This document shows positions 24,901 to 36,337 of a stretch of DNA of 48,700 nucleotides, in pieces. Source of the stretch: Parasitella parasitica NRRL 2501 (taxonomy: Eukaryota > Fungi > Mucoromycota); NCBI GenBank assembly GCA_025201805.1, contig MU619412.1:1-48700 (forward strand). Direction: 5' to 3'. The notes under the pieces are model-generated. The model was not told where the DNA came from, searched no databases, and was given only the letters and a program-made list of their open reading frames with translations. The stretch's first letter is position 1. The number at the start of each line of letters is the position of its first letter. A program made the translations under genes and the position numbers.

Positions 24901-27827
24901 CCAATAACACTATCAATTATTTCCGATAAAACAAACTTGTGAGGTATAGAAGCAAGCACTTTTTTAGCTTTGAGTTCTATGGCAGATATCGCTGTAATCT
25001 TGAGCTGATCCACCTCCACTAGTTGCTCCCATTTATCACAATCAGTAGGAGATACACCGAGAAGCATAATATTTCGAAATTGAACCATGTCATTTCGATC
25101 TTTGATAGAGCGCTTGATATCCAGTTCGTCCATTCTTAAATAGAGCCTCCTTTCTTGAGGTAAGCCTATTTGGACGTCTCCTCGTCCAATTGATAGATCT
25201 AACGAGACTTGCAAAACAGACTTTGGCGAGGCTGTAGCCTGCTGCTGATGTCCCACATTGCCCTTATCATCATTTCCGAATTGACTCTTCATAGCAAACA
25301 AAGACTTTGACAACAATAAACAAGCATAATGATTCCTAATTGAATATGAAATGCCAAATTTTTTCACTTTGACAGTGGCAAACAGTTGTTTTTCGTTTGT
25401 ATGCCAAAGTTTCGTGGTGAAATTAAACTGAGAAATCCAAAGAATAACATGCTGCTTTTCTGGCCTCTCCAATAGCTCAGATATATCTACATCTTGCTGT
25501 AAACAACTAGAGGATTGATGGAGATACATTTTTTCAACATGACACCGAGTTTTCGATTCATTAGCAAAGTGCTGGTTCACCACCGCATATGGCGCTTCAC
25601 GTACAAACGTAAGTTTCTGAATATCCAATGCCATACGAGTATAGACAGCATCCGTTGGCGAGTTGTCTACATATCCCTGGGGCGCTTTTTCATTTCTTGA
25701 TCGAGGGGCATCAAAACTGAAGGCTATAATGGATCCTTCTGTTACATCCAAACTAAAGCTGATGCTTCGGGCCAAAATCTTTTTCCAATCTGGCCCATCG
25801 CCAGCAACGGTATCCACTCTTCTACTGTTGCTTCCTATCAATGACCGCAAAGAATAAGGCACAGATTTAAGCCAAAAAATGCTGGCGCTCATTGTCGTGT
25901 CATGATGTGTGTCCCATAAGTATACCAAAGGTTTATCAATAGCAGCTTCTGATTGCACTATATTACCTGCTGTAAACACTATTTGGTTTTGTATAACATT
26001 CATGCCGGATTTCACAATGAACACTACATTCTTGATACGAACAAAATCATATGTCTGCTGTTGATGTTGATAACCAAAATTAACATGCTGCGTGATGATC
26101 TTGAGGGAAAGACGGTAAACCCATTTTTGGTGTCGCTGTTGAGATGACATAGCTGGTGTAGGACTAGGGCTTATTGGATATCTGCGAGATACACGGCCCA
26201 GTAATTTGAGCCATCTCATGGCAGTAGATGTTGGTTTAGGGTGTTGCTGCTGCTGCTGCTGCTGCTGCTGTGGAAGACCCAACTCATGGGTGGAAGTTCT
26301 GTTTTTTGATTGCAGACTAGAAAAACTACCTCCAGACAGCCACTTGTATTCTTCCTGGGCAAACCATGAATCAAATCTACTAGCAGAAGAGGACGACGAA
26401 GAGGAAGGAACGTCAACAAAGACGCTGCTATTTCTGTTACTGGTGCTTTGCTTCATATATTCTCCCGAACAACGCACAATCAAGCTTTTACTGGATATAT
26501 ATCCGCTACGCTTATCACCATCTACATCCAATATGTCCAATCTAGCAGCATTCAGTACAACAGCAAAAGTACAAGCTGGCAAGTTGGATATTCTTTTTTG
26601 AGGTAAATCATAATTTGCTGCTGTTGCTGTTGCTGTAGCGGTAGCTGGTGTATTCTTCTGCTGCAAATGTGCTAATGTAGCTAGGAATATTTGACTATTC
26701 AAGGGAAGAATGAGTACTGGAGCATTAATAATCCATGTCACGCTTAGCAGATCCATATGTGGTAAAGTATCTGATGACACGTTTGGATGATACTGGGAAC
26801 CAAGGTCATTTTGATGCTCATCTGGCAGTGGAATTGCAGTAATGATTTCCATACTAGCTATCTCAATGATTCGAAGCTCTTGTAGACAAAATACAATCAT
26901 CTTGGTATTGAAGTGAATGGATGGCTCCGTCCGACATTTGGAAAAAGCTTGTATTTGCAAACTGTTTATCTCCATGCTGAAGGCCGCGATTTGCTGATAT
27001 TCCAAATTTATCCTCTGAATTGTTACACCAAACGATTTGATCTTGTGTCCCAAGCGCATAAATTTGGATCTTGATATGTCCAAATGTTGCTGCTGTTCTT
27101 GTTTGTGTTGCTCTGGCTGGGCTTGTTGGCGATGACGCGCCATATAATTCATGCATTGATTCAGGAAAATGTTGAAAATACCTAATTGAATATCCAAATC
27201 TACATCTTTGAAGATGATTGTCCTAGTTTCTAACTGACAGGACACCATCAGTAGACAAGCTGTGGTCATTTCAACCAGCGGCTTCGAGGTCTCCTTTTGT
27301 TCAGCCACAGTTACAGGGCCTACCTGAATTTGCACCACAAACATGCGTTCCTGAAACAATTGAGGCAGAAGTTTGGATGTAGTCAACTTGGAATGAACAT
27401 AAACGTGATCTAATTTTAACGCCAAATCGTGCTTGTTGTATTTCAGTTTATCGATATGAAGAGCAATGTGATTGACAACTAGTGAGACAATGAGTAGAAC
27501 TGGGAATTCAATTAACGTTTCGATGGCAGTCGTTACAAAAGCTGGTAGTTTCTTTGCTGGTGTATCCGTGTTTGAATTCATATTTGTCGATTTTGTTGTG
27601 GTTTGCACGCTATCGACTGATGGAACTTCTTGCAGCTCAACCCCAATGATGTGAACTGTTAGTTTGCTGTTTTGTTTATCGTAGAATATACAAAACTGAT
27701 CAATGTCCACTAATCCAAATTTCTTTCGCAGCTGAATCTTGATCTGACCCCATATCAATTCTCGATGTACGTACAATGGCAGTGAGACTAATAACAAAAA
27801 TGTCGTCAGAAATAACCAAAAGTCCAT
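18945..27827 (-). CDS. FMP27: FMP27/Hobbit/BLTP2 (KIAA0100) bridge-like lipid transfer protein (multi-exon)
   Basis: N-terminal TM anchor (MDFWLFLTTFLLLVSLPLYV), FDDDPFEAKL, IRDYSLPLL, DPSPRIGFWDKVRFMIH, KGTRDPY, YDAFRGFRSDFIHLS, PIRQGKLFP, GGIPVIQHLEINLMPL, MKKRSS..RTFIYVRIP, LEYRNKTWS. Confidence 0.92.
26243..26270 (-). repeat. Coding CAG microsatellite (poly-Gln) in FMP27
   Basis: (CTG)n run on the + strand, read as QQQQQQQQQ. Confidence 0.9.
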
Positions 27828-28709
27828 GGTGAGCAATGGATGTGGAGAGGAGAAACAAGAAAAAAAGTTGCAACGGCAAAAAATATTGCTATTATCAGAC
27901 CTTTCGTGTGACAAACAAAGGCTCTGCTGTATGTATGATACCACAAAAAAACGAAATTGGTGGGGGCAGCTGTGCCATATTCGGAAGTACCGAGGTTCCG
28001 TTTCGCAGATGTTGACACAGTTAAAATTAATAGGATTATCTTGTTTGTTAACGGTTTGAGAGCGTTTATTATGTCTTGAAAACATTATGGGGTTAATTTT
28101 GGCAAGCTTATATGATGCAAACTCTTGCTCAAGCTTCATGGCTTGATTTTTTCCCCCTTCTTTCATATTGGGTTGAAACAGGATGGGTTAACTAGAGTGG
28201 GTCGTTATTAGTAAGGTAGTAGTACAGTGTGAAAAGGGGTAGAGCTGGTATGCAACATTGCTTTAGATAAACACAACTACTGCTTGACCCTCTTGATTGA
28301 TCCTCTTGAATGAATTTCGATAATCACATCATTCATATTGCTCTCGCTTTAAAGTCGTAATTACTGATTTCTCAATACGAATTTGTTAAAGGCGTCATTG
28401 TCCCATAGCATAAATGTCAGCAATCTCTAATTGGCTCTAGTGGCTCTTAATTTGTTTAAAATCTGCCTTGTACCATAAGTTTTATCAGTGTTGCATACCT
28501 TCTTTAAATTCACACCGTAGCAAAAACTTCAGATTTCACAAATTATGGTCACCATCCGTTATTCAGATGGCAATGACGAACTTTGGGATAATATTTTGTA
28601 CGGTTCTAAGCACTTGAATCGGTTAAAAAGGGTATGCTTTATCTAACTTTATAAGATGTAAATAAAATGCTCAACATTATGTCGAACATATTTTAGTAAT
28701 AAGTTGAAG

Positions 28710-29480
28710 TGCCCTAATGACATGTTGAGAAATTGTCCAGCAAAACGTAAAATAAAAAGACTAAATTGAGCCACGTTCATTGAATTCGAGCTTTCAATAA
28801 ACATGTTTAGTACCATCAGGTATACTAAAACAAGCTTTACTAGGCTATTTAACGTATTTGCTATAGGACCATTATTGTAAAATCTGCAAAATCTTGTTTT
28901 GGCTGTATTTTGACAATAAAAATAGATATTGGAGCTCCAAAAGCGGGGTGAGGTACAGTTATTGTACTGCCTTAGACCCCAAATCCGTACCCTGAAGATC
29001 GACCCAAAGTTGAAAACCGAAAATTGAATAGGAGGTTTGGGGTCCAAACATAACAAAATCTGAAAAATGGTCAGAGGTATATGATACCCGGATATTTTGT
29101 AGAATGGCGCAAAAAAATAAAGATCTTGGCTAAAGGTTGTATCTTTATCGCTTAGTAGTTTCCAAAGATATTAGAGATTGCAGATTGTGTCTTTAAGCGG
29201 GGGGAAAGGTGATGGCCATGATTAAGTGGCCTTTATTTTAAGCAAAAAATGAAACTAAATAAAATCAGCTTTTAATGCCGTATTATAATGTGTCTCAGCT
29301 ATCGACTCATATTGAGACATACGCAAGTTATCTACTAGAATCATGCTTTGCTCTTATCATGCTTTGCTCTTCAATTGAAAATAGGTGTTGCACTCATTTA
29401 CAGCGAAAAAAGAGGCTGTAGATTGAATCTCAGCACTGTGTGTCCATCTGGCCCAAACCAGATTCTCAAAAATCTTACAT
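28710..29480. repeat. ~700-bp non-coding repeat unit, copy 1 (paralog of 30130-30965)
   Basis: Shared blocks GAATTCGAGCTT, AATCTGCAAAATCT, GACCCCAAATCCGTACC, GACCCAAAGT, CAAAATCTGAAAAAT, TTTAAGCGGGGG, CCTTTATTTTAAGCAAAAAATGAA, ATATTGAGACATAC and AATCTCAG occur in the same order in both copies. Confidence 0.9.
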
Positions 29481-30129
29481 ACTTCGTTGCTAGATATCTC
29501 AAGAACGTAATAGGTATATCGAATATGCGTACTATGTTTTATAACAAAAAATAAATTTTGCATCCAACCATATAAATTTCAAGGCTATAAAAATACTTTA
29601 TTTTATAACCATTTTTCAAATACTAAAAAAACGCCCTTTTTGATAGTTTTTGAGTAAAATTAAGCATATTTTGAGCATATTTAGCTTTATAAAGTTAACC
29701 AAACAAATCATAATGTCAATACATACACATCAATATCTTGTTTATAACTGTGGCTTTATTATTTCTGTCAAAAATCAAAATCTTGTCTCGACTAAAATGA
29801 ATATACAATTTTCCAGTCCTATACTTAGAGGGCCAAAATGAAGCCATTCAAAAAAGGGTAAAAATTGATTCCTTTTTTCGGGATTTTCTCGCTCCAAAAT
29901 TGGTATTTTTTGAGCAAACCAAAACCTTTTGTTAGCTATTTTGTAGTTCTATTTTTGTATTGCTATATCATGTATCTTTATATATCAGTCATTGCTCTGA
30001 AATTTATGAAAATAAATCAAGCCTCTGCTAAAAACATATGAAAAAATATTTTTTTCAATATATCTATCTAAAAAATAATAAATCTAGTAGAGAATTAGGT
30101 TTTAAAAAGATTTTAATAATCGCTCAAGC

Positions 30130-30965
30130 CCAAGTGTCATAATGGGTTTTTGAGAAACAGGGGAACAAAGTTTAGCGTAAAAAGACAAAATTGGCCCAAG
30201 CTTGTCGAATTCGAGCTTACGCACGACATGCTTAATACCGGTAAGTGTACTAAAATGTGCTTCATTGCTTTACTTAGGAACTTGAACTGGCTTTAGTTGC
30301 AAAATATGGCACTTGTAATAGGAACATATGCTGCAAAATCTGAAAAATCTGCAAAATCTGGTTTTGGCAATATCTCAACAGCAAAGATGGATATCGAGAA
30401 TCAGAAGATGTAGTGACTTACAGGTATCATACCAGTACTTAAACGTATACTTGCCTTGGACCCCAAATCCGTACCTAAAAATGACCCTGAAGGTTGACCC
30501 AAAGTCGAAAACTAAAAATCGAATATGAGGTTTGGGGTCGAAACATAGCAAAATCTGAAAAATCGTCAGAGATGCATGAAACTCGGATATGTTATAGAAT
30601 GATGCAAAAAAAAAAAAAAAAGATTTTGGCTGAAGGTTGTGTCTCTATTGCTAAATAGTTTGTAAAGATATTACAGATTGTAGATTATGCTTTTAAGCGG
30701 GGGAAAAGGTGATGGTCATGATCAAGCAACCTTTATTTTAAGCAAAAAATGAAGTTACATAATATCAGCTTTTCAGGCCGCATCATATTGTGTCTCTGCT
30801 ATCTCTGCTATCGATACATATTGAGACATACCCGAGTTACCTATTAGGATCATACTTTGCTCCTTTATCGAAAATAAGTGGTGCACTGCCAACGGCCTAA
30901 ATGTGCAGTGGTAAATTCAATCTCAGAAGCAGGTTGCCAGTTGATTTCAAACCGTGCATCAAATT
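30130..30965. repeat. ~700-bp non-coding repeat unit, copy 2, directly 3' of (and overlapping the end of) the Fanzor-like pseudogene
   Basis: Direct, diverged repeat of 28710-29480. Confidence 0.9.
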
Positions 30966-32560
30966 TCTGTGGCCATCTCTTCTCATCCCTTTACCCCGCA
31001 TTGGCTCGTGGAGTCAACTGCTTCCTGAATTCCAGTTACCCAAGATGAGAACTGCATCTTTTCATAATATATGCTTCAAGTTCTTTGATAAATGGCTGTC
31101 CGATTGCTTTCTGTTTATAATTGTTGACAGTTTTAGTTTACGGAAAGGCAGGAGATTGCTATTTTTATGGCTGTCGTTTTCATTTGAGTAGTACCCTCGA
31201 AGTGAATCCTTGAATGTAGAACGTGCTTTGAGGTAGCCAGAAAGCTTATTGATCATGACTGTAGATGCGGGAAATTTTGACAGATGGATTTCGTATTGCT
31301 TCACAAAATCTGGCTTTTTTGAATCACGTTAACTTTCAAAAGCGCTTTGATTGCTTGTATACCTATACAAACAGTAGTCTTTCTTATTTTCACTCTTCTC
31401 CTGTATACAGTAGAGCATATCTCTACGTCCAGGATCAATAAGGACACATGTTCCTACCGTTCCCCCGAGCTCAGTTGGACAGCTGGTGTATGTATCAAAA
31501 GTTCTCGTCTTCCTTTAACCTGGCACCACACGTACCACCTTTTGTGCTCTCTTTATTTTGCTTCAACAGCGAGACGTCTACCCATCGGACTGAATCATTC
31601 CGCGAGATTTCAAGAATCTAGAGGCATCTTGACTCTTCATGCCCTTCGATGACAGGTTGACTATTTGACTCCAAACAAAGTCTTTGATTTAATTAGACCT
31701 TGCTGTATTACGCAGAATATGATTGTTCAGGATCAATGCATCAATCGTTATATAGCATTGCATATTTATTCGACGAAGCGGAAAACACATGAATGATTTA
31801 CAGCCTAATTCTTCACAATACTTTGCCATCATGCTTTAAGGGGCTTTGCCTTACAGTCGTAGTCGTAATAAGCACTTGATTTCATAAATTCACAACGAGA
31901 TCCATAAGCACCAAAGAATTTTTTAATAAGCTCGACGCTCTTGTTTTCCAAATGGTCTGTTGGCATATTCTGTGTATTACCAGAGGCAAGGAAAAGCTTC
32001 AAATTGGTTAACGGCTACGTGATTTCGTCAGCAATGGTTTGCTTGATATCGTTCTCACTTTTCTGGGCTTTCTTTAACTCTCCGTTCCTCTTGGTTGTCT
32101 TGGCCTTAAGGTGGTTAATGAACATCCGGAAACGATTTCCAAATTGCAATATGACTGAATTTTTGTACGCTGTGTCGATCTTCGTGCACTCGTATGCTGC
32201 TATTTGTTGTGCGTATTTCAATTCGATAGGACCGTACTTGGTTAAGTTACGATACTCGTTTTTATACTTTCGTATTAAGCCTCTATATTTTTCAGTTTTC
32301 GTTGATTTAGAAGATTTACGATTTTGTTTGTTGAGCTCCAGGAACACGTCAACGTAAAAGTCCTTTTCAGCGTGTTTTTCCATATCAAAAGACTCGTTTT
32401 TTCCAGTTCATCGATGAATATAAATTTTGTCAATGCAAAAATGTGGGTAGCAAGTCTTATTTACGGTCGATACAAGATCTTTTAGCCTTGGTCTAAGTTC
32501 GCGTCTCCACTGTATACCAGAAACAGAAGTTTTTAAAGCGATTACTTTCAAGTGATTCAT
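30900..32560 (-). pseudogene. Decayed Fanzor (eukaryotic TnpB-like RuvC nuclease) gene
   Basis: Frameshifted pieces read in order: MNHLKVIALKTSV...THIFALTKFIF..KDFYVDVF, YAQQIAAYECTKIDTAYKNSVILQFGNRFRMFIN, CFPLR...TIDALILNNHIL, RGMIQSDG..VSLLKQN, RuvC-I CVLIDPGRRDMLYC (31428-31436), PFRKLKLSTIINRKQSD, VLILGNW...HEPMRGKGMRR, then a C-terminal-like RNLMHGLKSTG. Several stops and frameshifts. Confidence 0.8.
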
Positions 32561-32778
32561 TCAAGGTCAATATAAAAGATAAATGATCTGCCATAATGCA
32601 GGATAGGAGATCATGATAATGTGCTTCAATTAAAGATTGGAGATTGTCCAATGATAGGTTTTATACTTGTCGAAACAGGAGAATGAAGTCTTTGTTTCAA
32701 ATCAAAAAGGTTTTCCGTAACACAGATCTGAATGATTGATAAACAATAAGGCATTGTCATATCAAAGATCAATAGCCT

Positions 32779-33014
32779 TGTAGTATAAGAATACATTGTA
32801 CCCTGTTAAGGATATGATGTTGCTTGCAAATTATTCTTGTCGATTAGTATTGACTAGTATTTTAAATAAGTCACCAAAAATGAATGTAGTTGTAAGAAGT
32901 ATATATAGCAGATGCAAAGTTGAATCTTTAATAAAGTAATCTCAAATTTTCGTATCCCGTTAATTCAACGTTTTATTTTATGCTTTTCTTATTTCGATCT
33001 TGCAGATCTCAACA
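32779..33014 (+). repeat. LTR-like repeat family A, copy 2 (solo-LTR-like, TG...CA)
   Basis: TGTAGTATAA...GCAGATCTCAACA; homologous to 1493-1716; no clear TSD. Confidence 0.7.
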
Positions 33015-34069
33015 ATAAAGATCATTTAGGGAGAAAAATGCGAAAAATAAAAAGAGTAAAGACGTGAATGACAACATTTTCAAGTTAGATATACAAAATG
33101 TGATAAGTTGGCCATACATATAAAAGGTTTGAAAGCGGTAGAGTACATACAAAAGTACCGTTCTATTTCGTATTCTAAGTTCAATTCCTACAACCATTCT
33201 CCCGCCTACCATGTAGTAAAGTTTATCGGACAAACTATGAATATCTTTAAATTAGCAAGGAATATGTCAGGTATACATTGTTATGGACAATTAAAGCATT
33301 ATTTATACCAATATATTCACTTTTCTTGAACCCAATCGTCTCATACAAAACGTCATCCTTTGACAGAGACAGATCAATTTGCTTTTGTACCACATACCGA
33401 GAAGAAGAAGTCAATAAAGTATAGGATATGACATTAAACAAATACAAATTTTATGATCTACTCAGATATAAAATCTGTATGATAACAGAAAACTGTTCTC
33501 AGTAGAAAATGTGGAGGCGATCATTAATTGTGTTGTAAACAATCTTTTACCATGCAATACTCTAAGCTTTTATTATATAAATTTAGTACCGGAGATCTGC
33601 TTCCTTCATCCACCATGTCTTGATTTGACAACTATCAGTCAGCATATTGCGTTATTGGATGTTAGTAGATAAAAACGTCTGAAAACTATTTTAATTTCCA
33701 TTTTTGTTTTTGTATTAATTTTCAATATCAAAGACCCTCTTTCTTCCCTGCTTATCTTATTGCCACTGAAACAGCCCACAAATGCTCAATACGCGCTTCC
33801 TGGGCAGTCCGTTGGCCTGCAATCTGCTTGATCCTATTCGAATTAGATCATATTTTCCACAATGAAGACGTTCCTCCGGCTCCTCCTCAAATCGGTACTA
33901 GTTTGGTAGTATGGTTGCATAGGTAAAGGCTGCTAGTGTTTCTGACCTGTTTCTGGATTTTTTCCTTTTATTTCTCCTCTTTTATACTCTTTCATTTCAA
34001 CTTATATTTGTTTCATTTATAATTTCTTACCTCTTCCATACTTTTTTCGTTTTCCCTCTTAACTCTTCA

Positions 34070-34750
34070 GAGGGGTTTTTATTTAATAAAATTTCTCATT
34101 TAACCGTATTAATTTTCAAATCTTGAGAACAGGCAGCTTTTTTTATATATTTTTTTTATCGAAAGCACCTCTATTTTTAGCAGATAGAAACGTAACTCAA
34201 TCAGTCGATCCGTCACATGAATATGCCTATACTTACATATTATTTTCACAACTATAGCACAAAAATTTATGCCAAAAAATACGACCAAAATCAAGCGCCC
34301 CTAGGTATACTATCTAACCTCGTTCTGCAACACATCCATGTTCCATGGATCTGGCTTAACCGCTTCTATCCATAAAATGGTAAAAAACTGATTACAGTGT
34401 TAATTTGGTGGCAATTTAGAAATAGATATCATAATAGGCAAATTAATTTTTTTTATAACAATTTGTGTTCCAATATTTTGATTTATGATTTAAATAAATG
34501 AATGAGTTTCGTCGAAGACGATATATTTTCGATATTGAGTTATTCAATAGATTAAATTGATTATCATCAAAAATAAAGTGCTCAGAGGCTTAATTAGGGA
34601 ATGAAAATGAGCCTTTTGCAATGTTTTCGGGATTCAAAACGCCAGTAATACAAAAACGCTTCTATAATTCAAGCTTCTCAAGCCGGATCAATCCCAAATT
34701 TAGGTAAACCAGGGGCATAGTGACCAGCAGTTGCCCAGGTATGTTTATGG
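34070..34750. mobile_element. Possible non-autonomous DNA transposon remnant
   Basis: Non-coding AT-rich block with TE-subterminal-like motifs, ending GGGGCATAGTGACCAGCAGTTGCCCAGGTATG; no partner TIR found in the window. Confidence 0.25.
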
Positions 34751-34990
34751 TAAAAACTCACGTTTGTTCATACTAAAATGCAAGTGATCTGCTTACTGTT
34801 TGTGGTAAAAGATCAAGAACGAAGTATTTTTTTTTCAAAAAAAATTTGCTTGTTTATGTATAGAAGAATAATAAATAAAAGGAAACAGAAAATACTGCTT
34901 TGTTATTACATGCATTCTAGATTTGAGTAAATGTTTATATGTATAAGGAGTAGTGCTGCCGCTGCCACTGAGGAGATCTTTTGATTTCTT

Positions 34991-36337
34991 TTAAATAGGA
35001 AATGGTTGAACCCAATAATCTTTAGCAGAGGATAAAGGTACACTCTGATGTCTCCAATTTTGTTGGTGAGTGTCTTGTTGTTGCATCAAAAAAGCATGTT
35101 CTAATGATTGATGCGATGACGACGAAGCAGCGGCAGCGGCAGCAGCGGCAGCTGCAGCCATAGCATGGTGGTGGTGAATAGAAGATGGAGGAGGCATCAT
35201 CAAGTCAATAGTCGTAGGAAACCTTGTCAATTGACACAGTCTCTCGTCCATGCCAGCGATCGCAAGTAATTCTTGACGAAGATCAGCAGCCAGTCCACGC
35301 ACTGTGTGATGCAAAACAGCGGATGCCTGCATGCCTTCAGTAAAGTCGCTGCATTGCACCCAAGTTGAATTATTTTCCATAAAGAAAATAGGGGCTTCTA
35401 GTAAGTCCATATCAATTTGAGCTGAAATATGGTCTTCTAGCACATTTAATTCAATCGATGCAATACTGTCAAATGATATCATCATTTTGAAATGATAATT
35501 GCTGTCACGGATATGCCAGGAGAAAGCACGTTCATTTAATTTATAAAAGCACATTAAATCCTGCTGGCTGATCTTCATTCTATGCCAGGATCCAACTGTA
35601 ACTGCAGTAGCAGTAATCAAGCCGGTTGTGTTTTGATTCATAAAATTAGTTGATGACAAGGGTTCGCTTTCTGCAGATATAACAGAGAGAGTGGTCAGTG
35701 ATTAGTGTGTCTCAAATTATGTGTAAAACTCACCCATTCTCTTGGGTATGCCACTGTTACTGTTGAGAAATGATTGCGGCGTGGGCGAGGGCGAAACGGT
35801 AAGACTGTATATATCTTCTTCCAATTCGTTTGCTGCCGTTGGGCCTGTGACAGAGATCGATGGAGGCGTATCGTAGTGCTGTTGCTGTTGCTGCTGGAAC
35901 ATTTGGGAAAGTGGGGGAGGGGGAGGGGGGAGTGGATAAGCATTTTGAGGTTGCGGTACCATATCTGAGCTCCAAGCACGGTGAATAGGTAGCTTTTGCT
36001 GTCTGTTTGGCAAATGTGAGTACCAATATGGGAAACCATGTTGGGATGTTGCTTCCGCACACAGCCTTGCCCTGGCAGCTTCCTGTTCTTGGCGTAGTAG
36101 AACTCTTCTTTGTAGCATTTTGACTTTGGCTCTTCTGTTTTGAAACCAAATCTGGATGGATCTCTCAGGCATTTGCAGTTTGTACGCTAATTGTTTTCTC
36201 ATTTTTGAATCAGGTGTGGCACTAACACTAAATGTTTCTTCTAGTACACTTAATTGAGAAGGTGTAACACGAGTTCTTTTTTTGCTATCATCTGCTGCTG
36301 ATGAAGATTGCTGAAGGGGTGGAGTTGATTCTGACAT
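34991..36337 (-). CDS. Homeodomain transcription factor with C-terminal HOY1/Phx1-type conserved domain, 2 exons
   Basis: KKRTRVT..QLSVLEETF....PD...RKQLA..LQMPERSIQIWFQNRRAKVK; second domain VGSWHR...DLMCFY...WVQCSDFTEGMQAS..LHH; poly-Ala tract; intron 35733-35671. Confidence 0.9.

Noticed and set aside
26206-26601. Poly-Cys ORF on the + strand
   Set aside because: Antisense to the FMP27 CAG tract.
27828-28166. 113-aa N-terminal extension of FMP27 in the ORF track
   Set aside because: The family normally starts with a TM anchor, which begins at MDFWL (27827); the extension looks like open UTR/promoter sequence.
28710-30965. CRISPR-like array or paired LTRs
   Set aside because: Only two long diverged units, with no short regularly spaced repeats, no TG...CA ends and no gag/pol between them.
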